A stretch of 59,088 nt of DNA, filler included, from Dimargaris cristalligena (taxonomy: Eukaryota), in NCBI GenBank assembly GCA_003614675.1. It is 2 parts of 2 records of this genome, joined end to end, with 100 filler letters (N's around TTAATTAATTAA, not from the genome) between each part and the next. Parts side by side here need not be neighbours in the genome. Positions count along the whole stretch, not along the records: positions 1 to 29,564 come from ML002482.1; 1 more part is not named here. One strand, given 5' to 3'. The notes below the pieces were generated by a model that did no database searches, was not told where the DNA came from, and saw only the letters and a list, made by a program, of their open reading frames with translations. The position numbers and the translations under genes were made by a program. This document shows, in pieces, positions 10,461 to 23,092 of the stretch; within the stretch, counting starts at the first letter, position 1, and each line of letters opens with the position of its first letter.

Positions 10461-12355
10461 TTGGTCATGCAATTGACTACCCTATTGACGAGTGACAGGT
10501 ATAACGAAGCCCGATACCTATTCCTAATCACCCTCCTTGAAGCCTCCCTGATGCAGCTACCGACTGCTACCTACCGCCGGCTATTATGTCCCCTCCGGGT
10601 TCTGACTGACCCGAAGTCAAAGTGTAATGGTGGGAAGGGCCAGCGGGTGAATTTTAAGACGCCCGCCATTGGATTGGGGTGGCTGCTACTCGGGTCCAGC
10701 AGTGGCTCGAATATGTGCATACTCACCAGAAGCTGCTGACATTGTCCACTGAGTTAGATGATTTGGTATTGGCCCTTACGGCCATGGTTAAAATGGATCA
10801 GACCATGTCCCTGCTGTATAGCGCTTTAAACCACAGGTACCAGCCGGCCCCCGACTATTACCTATTATGGCCCGGGTTACCGTGATTGCCCCACAAAGCA
10901 GAAGACATGGATCATTGCTTAATATGACGACCCAACTCGGGATCAAGCCCAGTACTGGGCATATTGCCAAATTGATGACGACCCATATTTACAGCCCCAT
11001 GCAGATGGATAAGCTGCCTCTATTTCTGAACTATGCGCGCTTGGTCGAATACACCGCCCCCTTGATTACAACCTACTGCGCGACCATGGCCAAGTTTGAG
11101 GCCATGTGGGCGCTTTATCCAAGCAAGGAGGGGGAACCTTAGCCTAGTTATTCCGCAAACCCTCACTAGCACCAATTTGTCACGGCCTCCCTGTTGGTTT
11201 CCGGGTTCACATGATTTGGTCCAAGCCTCCTACAATTCCTTTGCGAAAGGTTCAGTGGTGGCCTTCTCCGAACCCCAGGCCGTGGGGGGTGGTGCTCAAT
11301 GCCGCGCTGACCAGTAGTGTGGCCCTTACCCAGGATATCACCTGGTTCAAGCGGATCCACCAGGACATGCAGCAGTGGGGCGTGCGGTACGACGCATTCC
11401 ATTATGCCGCGGTTATCCGGGAGCATTATCTGGCAGGTGACCGAGCGGCCGTGCAGGCCACCCTGAGTAGCCTGCTCCACGAAGTCAGGGTGAGAATTGA
11501 TTTGGTGATTAGGCGGACTGTCGCAATGCTTTGTAAGGATGGTTGCGTAGAAGAAGTGGCCAGTCTCCTGGAGCGGGCTGTGGCCCAACACCTACTGGTA
11601 AACCCGATTTCCCTGAATGCCATATGCCGCTTTGCCAGCAATCACTCCTACACAAAGGAGCTTTTCCCCTGCATTGCCCTACTCTGCCATAACCAACCCA
11701 TTACCCCGGCCATCATCAGCCTGTCTATGCACCGTGCCCTACTGGTCGGGAACTATGAGCGTTGCACCAAGCTCTTTCAAACGTACTGCGGGGAATGGGA
11801 TTTGCCCATACAAGTGTTACTCAACCTTTTGTCATGGCCCCCATTGAGCTCCGGCGTTGGGAACCCTGTCTGGCGGCTCTGCGCCCACCCAGTCCAGCCT
11901 TGTAACATTGTATCGCCACCCTGGTTGGTGTCCTGGAATTTGGCCACACTAAACAGCTCCTGTTGATTGTCTATGGCGGGAAATTACTCTTAGACCAATT
12001 GGACCTGTGGGCGCAACCGGGCAGTTACGCTTTCTATACCATCCTCCTCCAGGGCTACGGTCGCTTTAAAGGCCACCCTGCTTTTACGGCCCAGGGGACC
12101 GCGATGCAGCACCACCCGCATAGTATGGTCCACAGTACCTTTTTCGTTTTGATGGATTGCTGTCGGACCCACTCCGCCCTTCTGAGGCTAAGTGATGTCC
12201 TAAGCCTCGCGCACGACCGGGGGCTGGAACTCAACACGAGGAACTTCACAAGTCTGGTCAAGTACGACTGTTATACCAACGCTCCCCAGGCGGGTATTGG
12301 CATTTTACGTGACGAAATGCCTCGGCGCCGGATTGCCGTGGACCGTGTAAATTAA
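10461..12355 (+). pseudogene. Fragmented helical-repeat (PPR-like) protein relic
   Basis: A chain of overlapping + strand ORFs in shifting frames with PPR-like segments (FKRIHQDMQQWGVRYDAFHYAAVIREHY; GLELNTRNFTSLVK...ILRDEMPRRRIAVD). I found no introns explaining the breaks. Confidence 0.55.
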
Positions 12356-13165
12356 TCACCCGCATCGCTATTATGATCCACCGGACCGGGACGCCCGAAA
12401 AGATTGGCCAGATGGAACGGGGGGGGGTTTAACAAAAAACTCCGGAAACCACGACTGGATCAATCGGTGGAATGGGGACTGTGTGCTCTATGCTCAACAA
12501 TCCGCTCAATCTTAGACTAGGTCGACGAAGACTCCTCCTACTATCCCGTCCCCATCCTGATATTTATTTTTTAATAACCAATTCACCTAGTGGGTCGGAG
12601 GTGGAGGGAGAGATATTATGTATGAGTAGGGCATTGTCCAGCAATCCCCCCTATTTTAATATATTTTCCCGATAAGACGAACTGATCGACAATGCTGATT
12701 AGACCCTATTCTTATATAGGTAATGTATGTTTTATTGGGTATTGTCTCTGGGTCAACTTCGATAGAGTAAATTGAAAATGAAATACGGCAATAACACGCC
12801 TGGCTACTTAAACAACCACACACCGCTGACAAGACGGATAAGCTCACCAGTTCAGTCGTTTACCAAGTCGGACCATGATTATGCCGCCGTTGTATTAGTA
12901 TATCATTTTACTTGTAGTTCGCGAGCTTGGCCAGCACCTATGATCCGATGGGTCAATACATAATATCGTGCATACGGGAATTGTTAGAGAGTCGTTTTAG
13001 GGAATTCATGTGGTTCAATAACCCGCCATAATCCCATTAACATAAGACAATACTATTATATTATTATTGCTAGAATACCTATAAAAAAGACAATCCATAT
13101 ATATATATATATATATATTCATATACCAATGAACAATGTACTCGAGTCATTCTCAATCGGCCTAC

Positions 13166-13404
13166 CTTTTTCCTAATGTTGATCTCTTGGGGCGTGGGCT
13201 TTTGCCGAACCTTATAATACATCAAGTTCTTATTGTGGTTCGTACGACGCTCCTTATCGGCCATATTTTGCTCGGCTGGTTCGGTATTTGATTAATCATG
13301 AAGTTAAGCAGAAGCACAATAAATGTAAGTTGAATTGACAAAACCTCTCTACATGGGCGTATGGCTCACTCGGGTCAAATGGGTGGAATAGCATGGTAGA
13401 AATG

Positions 13405-13448
<44 letters not shown>

Positions 13449-13698
13449 AACGCCATAACTTACTGAAGACAGTCGTGTTGGGGTCGACAAACGTGGGGTT
13501 AGTTTCTTGTTTAGCCTTCTTCTTCAGCTTGTATTCCGACCGGCGTTGCCGAACGGCTAGCCGCCGGGCGCGTTGGAGCTGGTGAAACTCTTCGGGGGTT
13601 TTGGGGTCGACTACGGTCTGCTTGGGTTTTCTAATGGAGGCAACGATATTGTTGGGTTTCACCGACTCGAGCAGCTTTTGCGTAAGGGCGTGCGACAT
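13166..13698 (-). CDS. Small basic Lys/Arg-rich protein, spliced; 3' end not resolved
   Basis: MSHALTQKLLESVK...RARRLAVRQRRSEYKLKKKAK up to a GTAAG donor at 13463. A further exon (~13275-13166, EQNMADKERRTNHNKNLMYY...IRKK) is followed by GTAGG. Confidence 0.5.
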
Positions 13699-14267
13699 GG
13701 TGTGGGTGAAGGGAGTGACTCCAAACGGGTTTGGGTGGTTGCCGGGGTGTGAAGGAAACTCTGAAAAATAGAATTGCCAGGGATAAATAGAGAGAATAAA
13801 TGTACAGGGGATTCTCTTAGCAGACAGCGCACGATAAATGTGGCGCATGGAGTGACCTGTGGAGATTCAATAGGGAAACACGTCTACCAGCATAAAAAAA
13901 AGAACGGGGGAAAAAAAGGGGGATTGGATGGGTGAATAGCTACTATTGCTGGACTATTATTGGCTGTAACGGACTTCCGCTATAGCTTCGAAGCCATAAG
14001 CGGCGACCACTATACCACTACTACCATTGATGTATAATGGGAGAATCTATAGAAAATATGTCCATGGATTGGGAATATAAAACACTTACTATGGGGGGAG
14101 GTTGACAGCCTCCAAACCTATTCTAACGAGGGTGAATTACCCAAGGACCACTGGGTTCCTCTCTCCAGCGAACTAGTCTTCTTAGTAGTGTATTTGACCT
14201 CTTTAATTAGCCAGCCTAGCCTTGCTCAGTCACCATACAATAGTCATTCCTATTAGTATTAGTCACC

Positions 14268-15915
14268 ATGTCCCTCGAAATATTCTGGGATAAACTCGAT
14301 TCCACAGTGGCCCGGACCGTCCAGGAGAAGCTCAATAGTCAGTTTGCCAGTATGGAAAAACCCGACATCATCGGCGACCTGGAGATTGCCGAGCTGGATT
14401 TCGGTTCCGTTGCCCCGCACATTGAGATTCTCGACATCACCGACCCGTACCCCGAGTTCTATTATTCCGATGACGAAACCGTGGCTGAGTCCAACCACCC
14501 GGCTGACTCTAAACCAGGCCTCGACACCCCACCCCCCATGCCCGAGCCCTGGTTCGCTATCCCGCCCCTTTCGCCCCAGCCGTTGCGTCCCCCGTCCGGT
14601 TCGTCGTCGACCGCTGGCTCCGTTTCCCGGGACCCCCCGCCTTTTCCCTCCCTAGCCCAAATCGCCCAGGCCAACTCGGGACACTCCTCTACTTCTACCA
14701 CCACCTCCAACTCGACCTCGACTGGCGCCCATACTATCAATCATAGTACATCCGCTTCCATGAATGGCCACCCGAGTATCGGTACCCAAATGTCCGAGTC
14801 CCCCATTTTGGCCCAGAGTTCGGCGTTTCGGACCCACTCAACCTCGTCCATCCAGCGCGCCGCCTTTACTGTTGGCCAACTCCCCCCTCTGGTATCGCCT
14901 CCCCCCGAACTCATTGATCGGGTCGACATGGCCAGCCAGCCCTCCCGTGCTACTACCCCCAAACCTCGTCGCGGGGCTTGTCCCAATGACACCCAGATGC
15001 TACTCTCCATTTGCTACAAGGGCAATATGAGTGTCACCGTTAAAACATCCCTCCGGCTCAATTACCCCTCGCCGGCATTCATCGAATTGCCCGTGGTACT
15101 GAAAATGACGGGCTTTGATTTTTCAGGTAAACCTCCGATGTGGTTCTATTTAGGAATGGAATAAGGCTTTGGGTGCATGATAGTATTTATTGGGATACTG
15201 CGGGGTGTATGGATTATCTCCATTATATTGCCGTTTTTTTTAAAAAAAAAATTAACGCGGCTGCATTACAACGACCCAGTTTGCCAAAAGTCTCCCTTTT
15301 CACTTAACTAATTGTGTGTATATCCATTTATACTGCTGGTCCTTTACGAATTAGCCTCGGCGGTCGTGGCCTACCTCAAGGATCGTATTAATTTTTGTTT
15401 TCTACCTCCTGAAAACGGCGCTGCCAGGTAAGCTCTTTCCCGCGGTATAGTAAATTCCCCTTACACTGACTAAACTATCAACGAACGGCAGATGCTCGTT
15501 TCGAGGGGCTAATAGTTTGCCCAAGTAACCAATGGCACACTTACTTTCCTAATCCCTACCCTGTATATTATTTTGGTTACCCGACTTAGCTTATTATCCG
15601 GGGTCTACGTAAGGTCCGAAATCGGAGACCATAATAAGAACAGTAAGTTAAACATACTATACCTGCACTATTCTATACCTGGGCTTTAACAAGTATATCA
15701 TAAACTTTACAATCACCCCTCTACACTGCTTAATTTTATCAACTCTTTTTGTAATGCGCCATCACATATTCCACCAAACCCATCGGATGGTCACAGTCCT
15801 CCGTAACATTGAAATTATTGAACGGTTTGTTATTGCCCAACTCCGGCGGGTATTAGATAATGACTTTATATTCCCAAGCTATCATTCGATTTCCCTCAAC
15901 TCTACTCCAATATAG
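14268..15915 (+). CDS. MDM12: Mitochondrial distribution and morphology protein 12 (ERMES SMP-domain subunit), 4 exons
   Basis: MSLEIFWDKLD...LDFGSVAPHIEILDITDPYPEFY; LRLNYPSPAFIELPV; SEIGD...ILRNIEIIERFVIAQLRRVLDNDFIFPSY. Exons 14268-15126, 15355-15427, 15590-15642, 15797-15915. Confidence 0.92.
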
Positions 15916-16130
15916 AAAATCGGGCTATTTGTTGCTGTTTGCTGTATTTTTACTTAGGCCAATGCTCTTATCCACTACACAATTCACCTACCTTTCAAAA
16001 CTTTATAATAAAAAAATACTGGCTAATCATCCTATGTTCAATTAAATGAATAGACCTTATTAAAGAAGTCTAGTGTGTAGTAGTATATCCTTAATCCCTC
16101 AAAAATTTGACCACCAACCTGCTCCAGTGA

Positions 16131-16729
16131 TTTAAGATGATCCTATAGGCCACGCCAATTCGGGCGCACCATTTTTTTTCTTCAGTTAACCATCCCACAA
16201 GTACATTTAAGTATCGCTAGTGGTTCTCAGCCGGATAAAAGCAACCGTAGCATTGATTATTTGAAAATCAACAACAAACCGAGATAAGAGCTTCTTTAAG
16301 GTCGCTCACCAGGGTTCTCTCAATTACCTTGGATAGATAATTGTACCCAAGTTCTGGTGAGCTCTCGAGGTCCTTTAGACGAAACATGTGGGTTTCCCTG
16401 CTATACGTAGCACATTCCCCGTATTGACGGCCTGGAAAACCAGACACTTTGCTTTTACCACAAAGTATCCGACGGGCTCCAATGCTTACATTCTCTTTAC
16501 GTTAACAAAAAAAATCAAATAACCTATTTGAATAGAGAAATCGACAAATACAAACACAACTAGGAGAATAGTTTACCTTTAAATATTCTCATCCCTTTTT
16601 TTTACTATTGACATTTCAGTAGAAGCCCTTAATTATATTTAATGTTACCCATGTGCCATTATCATCGTCGCCCACTCTAACCACCTTAGCGACCTAGAAA
16701 TTTTAGCTGAGTTTTAGGAAATATGACCA
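16131..16729 (+). repeat. ~600-bp direct repeat, copy A
   Basis: Near-identical to 28627-29229, from tttaag(a/g)tgatcctataggccacgccaattcgggcgcacc to ttttagctgagtt(t/g)taggaaatat(g/a)acca. Confidence 0.95.
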
Positions 16730-17423
16730 GGGGCCATACTTAAAAATTCTGACCAACAAAAAATAATATAGAAGTAATGATTAAATCAGTTATATTTAAC
16801 TATTGGGCCCAGTCGGAAGGGCAAATAAAAATATTTAATTGGTTTTACTCCTATGAAGTATTTTTTGGCTATTGGCAATATTAATAAACACTAAATGGGA
16901 GGAGACCGTAAACCTATACATTGTTCATAGTGTTGTGGCAGCACTTAATGCCACTTTAAGATATAGCCAATGTCCCTCGATCAGCACTCGCTGGAGCAGT
17001 GGTTGCCTTGTTGGAAACTACTTGCCTGGGAGGAAACTTCACACATGGCCATGAACTATTCCTACCCGGACTTCAGACATGGGCATACTGGGCCATGGGG
17101 GATCACTCTTCAACTCAACTTACACATAGTAGACTGGATACAATGTACGAATCTTGGACAAGTGGCGACATGGTCACTATAGCACCAAATATCCAGAAAA
17201 CAGCTATGACAAATCAAATGGTGTAATATTGGCTGCCTTTAGTAAGTGAATACCCACCGGCTATTTACAGGTAATTTGGTCAATAGAAAATAACACAAGT
17301 TTAGTGATCTTGTTGGGTCTGAGGCCTGTCTTACAAATAGACAAGGGTGGGTGTCATTGTGGTACCAGAATACACAATGTGCACTTGAGAATAGTGAAAT
17401 GTACTAACTAGGAACACATGTAC

Positions 17424-17567
17424 ATATGGGTGAAATTTGGTCAATCTGTATTAGGTTTTAATTGGTATGTGTATGAAAAAATAGGCAGTGGATTCATTTA
17501 CAACCTGTAATATTTGCCTCAGCCAATGTATGTTTTACTATACAGCCTGCATGGACCTCACCCATTT
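17424..17567. mobile_element. MITE-like element, diverged copy (144 bp)
   Basis: ATATGGGTGAAATTTGG...ACCTCACCCATTT termini; internally similar to the other copies. Confidence 0.65.
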
Positions 17568-18054
17568 GTAATAAGACCCAGACCAAATCAGGCATTATAA
17601 CAAAAAGGGTTATTTAATAATACTAATTAGTGATTGTTCCATTAGGCTATTCCCTAACAGCTAATATGGTGAGTTCCCAAATTACTACAATATGATAGCT
17701 CTATTCAAGCTATTTAAGGGGTCACTCCATTTCTGGAAATGATGAAAGACCAGGTATGGTTTTACTGTGTGGAATATTTAGAGTATATTTAAAACAATAC
17801 ATATAAAAAAGCCACTGTAGTATTAACTAATGAGGAGGTCAATGAATCCTATTTTATATATAGCACTTATAGGCAAGGGTGTTCAGCCCTACATGTTGGC
17901 CAAAATAGAGTGTGCACTGGGTGGTACCAATGTCCCATTGAACACCATTCCAAAGTATAAGATTTAGAGGAGATTGGTAAATATGATATTAACAATGTAG
18001 CTGGGGCAAAATACGGTAGTTGGAATATGTATAGTACTGTTCTCCTGATCCACC

Positions 18055-18198
18055 ATATGGGTGAAGTTCAGCTTGGCTGTATAAGGTTTTAAATGATATG
18101 TGTATGGGAAAATTGGTGGGATGTTTATTTTCAACCAGTAGTCCTTGCCTCATCAAATAGATTTTTTGCTATACAGCCTTGTTGAATTACTCCCATAT
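18055..18198. mobile_element. MITE-like element (144 bp)
   Basis: Imperfect TIRs ATATGGGTGAAGTTCAGCTTGGCTGTATA...TATACAGCCTTGTTGAATTACTCCCATAT. Confidence 0.75.
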
Positions 18199-19874
18199 CC
18201 TTTCTGGATGCTGGAGAGTAAAGCAACAATTAAATCTTGAAACCATCAGGAATTCCACAAAATGAGATAAGGGACACAGACACACAGATAGTATTAGCAT
18301 TGGGTACTGACAGATATAGCACATAGCCAAATAAGGAAAATGGGGTAGTCAAGTTGACTACCTCAAGGGTAAGAAAAAACCATTGATCAGGCTCATTCTC
18401 TACCAGTCAATAATTCCCAGCAGAGTATGGGACATATTTTTGCTTCTATTAAAATGTTATATTGCTAGTGGGATACTTCACAAGGGAGTGGGGAGAAGTG
18501 GCCGTGAACTAAACTGGTATAGAGTGGGACTGGATTAGCCAGCTTTACAATTTGGTATATGCAAGTGATCCGCGGCTGTGTGTGTTGTTCTGTGATGCAG
18601 CCTAGAGTTCTAATGAGAGCAAGTTCAGCCATATTTGATACTAAAGCTGATAAAATATAACCCAGTCCACATTCTCCAACATAGCCCATTTCGTGTTTGT
18701 GAGTTCCCTCAACAATTGCTACTGGAACTGTTTAGGGCCACACTCAGCAACATGTCATCCTCTGCTGGGGACAACATTGCCACCATTTGTCGGGTTCACT
18801 TTATAACAGATGGTTGCAGTATAGGGAAATACTTAGCAATAGTAGATGGATATGTTCCCTAATGTTAGCCGTATGCTGCAATTTATGGCTATTGAACACA
18901 CATTTAGAGATGGCCAAATGACGTGTCACATGGAAATTTGCTAAGCATGTTCAATCTGTGACAAGCCCCACAAAGAGTGTGGTGCCAAGTGCAATTGATT
19001 TGTACTCTTTGTCAGATGTGTATCCAATCAAAAGAATCCAACAAAATAGTTATGCGTCCAAATTGAATGATACCTGATTTAGATGGCCCATATCCACTTG
19101 GCAACAATACAAACCATTGTTGCGAGTATCATTTGGGAATAGTGCCTGGGTGGAGTGAGCACTTGGTCTTTTTCCCTAATAGTCCTCAATTAGCATTATG
19201 TGACTGCTATTACACTTAAAATGTAATTGTCGAAGATTTGGCCCATCATCTGTCTGTGATTGTATAACCATTGGTGTGGTGTACCAGCTATCAAGTGACT
19301 TTCCCAACTCTATCCCGAATACCCGCAATGAGAATGCGGTAGGGACAATCCCTGAAAACCAGGATAATAGGTGGTGTGAATCATTTAGTGACTATTGTAT
19401 TCAAAATGGAGACCCCATTCATAATTTCCCAGGCCAGAAACTAACGGGATATGAATCCCTGCTATTGTTTGGAACCTCATATTCCAAAGTCAATAGTAAT
19501 AATAGCCAATCCGACTATTGTGGATTTCTTGATTGTGCATACCTGTGAACTTCACTAATACCAGAGCGCGACGGATCACCATGGGCATGTTGAAGAACTA
19601 AAAGCCCGTGTATTTCAATAGCTGGAAAAAAATTGTCGTAACAAGGTACCCTGACCTGATTCGCAGTTATCCAATTATCTCAGGACTATAAAAGCTGAGC
19701 ACAGCCACCCTTTGGATCAATATTAATTCCACATTCCATAAGACCATTGGCCGCATACCCTACTTAGCTCCACTCACCCACAAGAAGTTTCTTCTCCCCC
19801 CCATTCCTCTTCAGCCAACCGCTTCGCTTGCTTGTAACCTTTGCTTCAACAGCTCTTCGCTTCCCACCTGCACC

Positions 19875-20276
19875 ATGGTCAAGTTTATTACCGTCGCTCT
19901 CCTCGCCACCCTCTCGGCCATCGCCATTTCCGCCATGCCCCAACACTGGGATGGTACTTGCAGTCTTGCCAAGCCGTGCACCAACGGCACCTGCTGCAGT
20001 GGCTTCGGGTCCTGTGGTTCCACCGACGCCCACTGCGGGTTTGGTTGCCAGAGCGGACCTTGCAAGGGTGCTCCCACTCCCACTCCCGCTTCCCCCAACC
20101 CCCCTCCCAATGGTTCCGGCAGCTGCAATGCCTCTACGCCCTGTCAGAGCGGTGCGTGCTGTAGCAAGCAGGGCTTCTGTGGTTTCACCAATACCCACTG
20201 CGGCACTGGCTGTCTGAATGGGCCTTGTGGCCAAGTGTTCAACCGCCGCTCTGCTGTCACTAATGCTCGGGCTTAA
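19875..20276 (+). CDS. Secreted double hevein (CBM18) chitin-binding protein, copy 1 (133 aa)
   Basis: Signal peptide, two hevein motifs (CCSGFGSCGSTDAHCGFGCQSGPC and CCSKQGFCGFTNTHCGTGCLNGPC), Pro/Thr linker, no catalytic domain. TATAAAAG at ~19687. Confidence 0.92.
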   Translation: MVKFITVALLATLSAIAISAMPQHWDGTCSLAKPCTNGTCCSGFGSCGSTDAHCGFGCQSGPCKGAPTPTPASPNPPPNGSGSCNASTPCQSGACCSKQGFCGFTNTHCGTGCLNGPCGQVFNRRSAVTNARA

Positions 20277-20661
20277 CTCTAGTGGCTTCTCATCCCAAGC
20301 AATTTTCTAGTAGGGAACCCCATATTTCGGAGGGCTTCTCCAATCCTGTACCAATTCAATAATTATATCCTTTTAGACCGCATATTTCATTGAATTATCG
20401 GGTCCCATTATTTTTCGAAATCTGATTGATTAAGTTAAACAATCTAATAGCTGAGTATATGTTCACGTGTTTCATCTATTTTTATTTCAATGTACTATGA
20501 TTCTGAGTTTAGGTGTCTCTATTTATTCAGGCCGCCTCAACAATTAATTCCTGTTGTAAATAAATATTTTATTCAAGACACATTGCCTATGATCCTCAAT
20601 ATCCTTAATCTAAGTACTATGTACACAGTAATGTCAATGCTGGAATGACTAAGATAACTAG

Positions 20662-21096
20662 TGTTGGCCAAGAAACCTATAGTAATTGGCTTATACCTAG
20701 GGTAGAACCACCCTCAGCTGAGGAGTGCCCCGATATAGACGAACTAAGCAGCACTGCCTGAGCCAACCTTTATATAGGCACGCTTAATCTACTGTTGATT
20801 ACTAACACTAAGGTCCTTAGCAACTAGGTACTTATATATACCCCCAGACCAAACTAGGGTGAAGGCCCTCCATATTGGTAGTAGAATTATCTACCTACAG
20901 TCCATTTCTGATTGTCCCTTTAACCGTTCAATATAAAAAGAATGCCAGACTTGGCACACCATTGGCCCTCAGATGACCAAGGTCCTACTCGCTCACTGTT
21001 TGTGCCCACTCCCTCTCACTCTTACTATTTTCCTTTCCTTACATTTATCAATAAAAGCTCTTATTACCCTTTTTTATAAGTATGTACTCGTTAACA
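20662..21096 (+). mobile_element. Possible solo LTR (~435 bp)
   Basis: TGTT...AACA ends, internal TATAAAA (~20933) and AATAAA (~21050). No target-site duplication seen. Confidence 0.3.
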
Positions 21097-22540
21097 CGCT
21101 ATTTAACTGCATCATGGTATCCAATGGCTGCTTGCCATTGCCCAGTCCCCATTTACATTTGGACTAAGTGTGATAAAGAGAATGTGTTTGATATTTGGCT
21201 TAGGGCGAAGGTATCAGTTGGAAATACTAAAGGCGTGCAATAAACATGCGTGGAAGGGAAGAAGCCGGCTATAGGACGATAGGTATCTCTAGCTGTTTAG
21301 TGTTATTGAGTATTATAGTCGATAGGGAACGTTTTAAGTAGTTAAAATGAAAGGACACAGAGTTACTAAATAAACTATTAAAATTTGTCAGAAACCGGAG
21401 ATAATAATATACCCGTCAGGGCATATTCTCCAACGTCTTATCGCGAGAATAGTCTACTAGAAAGGTGTTGGCGACTGACAGAGAGATGGGGGTTGGGTAT
21501 TAAAAGACGGTGAGGAAACGCATATTCCGCTGTTGGGTGAAAAGGCACTCCCACTTCCCGTCATCCCAAAGCCAAGCGGTACAATTCCACTTGATTTACC
21601 CCTATTAGGTCACAGAGGTTATTGTAGGCAAACCAGCCTCAGGAAGTCAGCCCAATACGAAAGATGTGGCACTAGGGAACCATCGGTTCCCCAATTGGGG
21701 AGGTTTGTGGACATACACCGCGGTCTAATTACGAGGGTGCGTTATGCTTAAAAGGCGACCGGCGGGGGTTAGGTAAGACAACGGTTACTCAATTAGGGTT
21801 GGTAAGCAAACCCGTCATTAGAAATAGGCGTTGCGAATCCCTATCAAGTCAATCCAGCACATGGTGATAATGCCAAAGTAACTTCCTTGTACTCTCCCAA
21901 TTTCCTCTCATTTCATCCGAACGGGAAGAATTTATTGGCGAACTTCAACGCCGGTGGGAATCCAGTTGGGACTTTCTGACAAGTACTATGCGTGAGTCAC
22001 ATTAGTACTGATTGAAGGCGAGAACTGTCAGAAACTTTGGCTGAAAAGTGGTTCCGGTAGTACTTGTTACTCAGTTGTGGCTCACCAATGTCAATAATAT
22101 TTCCCATCAGCTACATATGGTCGAGAACATCTCATGCCATCGGCTATATGGGGGTTGGGGATTTCATGTCGATCAGTAATAGTGCCATTAGCTAACTTTA
22201 ATTCCCAAGTGCAAATACGTTACACAGCATGCGGGTAAGTACTCGCTAGAGCCCTCAGGTCGGTTTCACGCTATGACTTAATTCCATCCCTTTGCTGGCC
22301 AAAAGACGAGGAAACGGATAGTAGTGAGTGGCATTCCAACACGAAATTGCCTTTGCTCCCCACTATATTTTGCCCTGGTTAATATAAATAGTCCCGTATC
22401 CCGGCGCTATTAGTGGTATCCGCTTTTGCTCATTTCATCCCAACCACTAGGTACACAGCCAACCAGCCGGTTTCGTATTCCACCGCTAGTCATCCATTCA
22501 CGCCCAACTCCTTTCCCCACCAGTAGCACTATTTCCCACC

Positions 22541-23092
22541 ATGAAGCTGCTTGCCTTGGGTTTCCTGGCCATGGCCGTCCCGACCGTTTTCGGTGCCAGT
22601 CTCGGGGACATGCCACTCAATTACAATCCCTCGACTGCTTGTTCGCGGATGGACTACGGGAACTGTGGTCCCTGGATTCAGGAAAGCCGAGCAATCATTC
22701 GGATGTCCAACGCCAACTGCAAGGTTGTCAAGGCCGCCCTAGAAGAGTTTGTGCGCGACAAAATCACCCAAACTGATCGAAGTGCCCATTCTGGTGCGGA
22801 TTGCACCAGTTACCGAACTAAATTACCTGACTACCTCCGTGCTAAACTTCTGCCCCAGGATTATCAGAATGAAGCTACCAAGTCCAATCAACCCAGCCAG
22901 TCCAGCGTTCCCCGTCTCTACCGACGCATGCCCGCACGCGACTGTGGTGAATGCTCTGATTATTGTATTGGAGATAATTGTTTGGATCAATGCTGCTGCT
23001 GTCCGGTAAATTGGTGTGTCGAGGGCTGCTTGCCATGCTTTGTTGGAACTTTATATGATATCCTGTGTGGGTGGATGCCCTGTGCTAACTAA
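22541..23092 (+). CDS. Small secreted cysteine-rich protein (183 aa)
   Basis: Signal peptide MKLLALGFLAMAVPTVFG, an RLYRR dibasic site, then a ~50-aa tail with 13 Cys including CCCC. TATAAATA at ~22383 and cccaccATG context. Confidence 0.85.
   Translation: MKLLALGFLAMAVPTVFGASLGDMPLNYNPSTACSRMDYGNCGPWIQESRAIIRMSNANCKVVKAALEEFVRDKITQTDRSAHSGADCTSYRTKLPDYLRAKLLPQDYQNEATKSNQPSQSSVPRLYRRMPARDCGECSDYCIGDNCLDQCCCCPVNWCVEGCLPCFVGTLYDILCGWMPCAN

Noticed and set aside
19764..20234. Antisense and alternate-frame ORFs over the lectin genes (also at 24591-25118 and 26882-27283)
   Set aside because: Shadow ORFs of GC-rich coding sequence, repeated only because the genes are duplicated.
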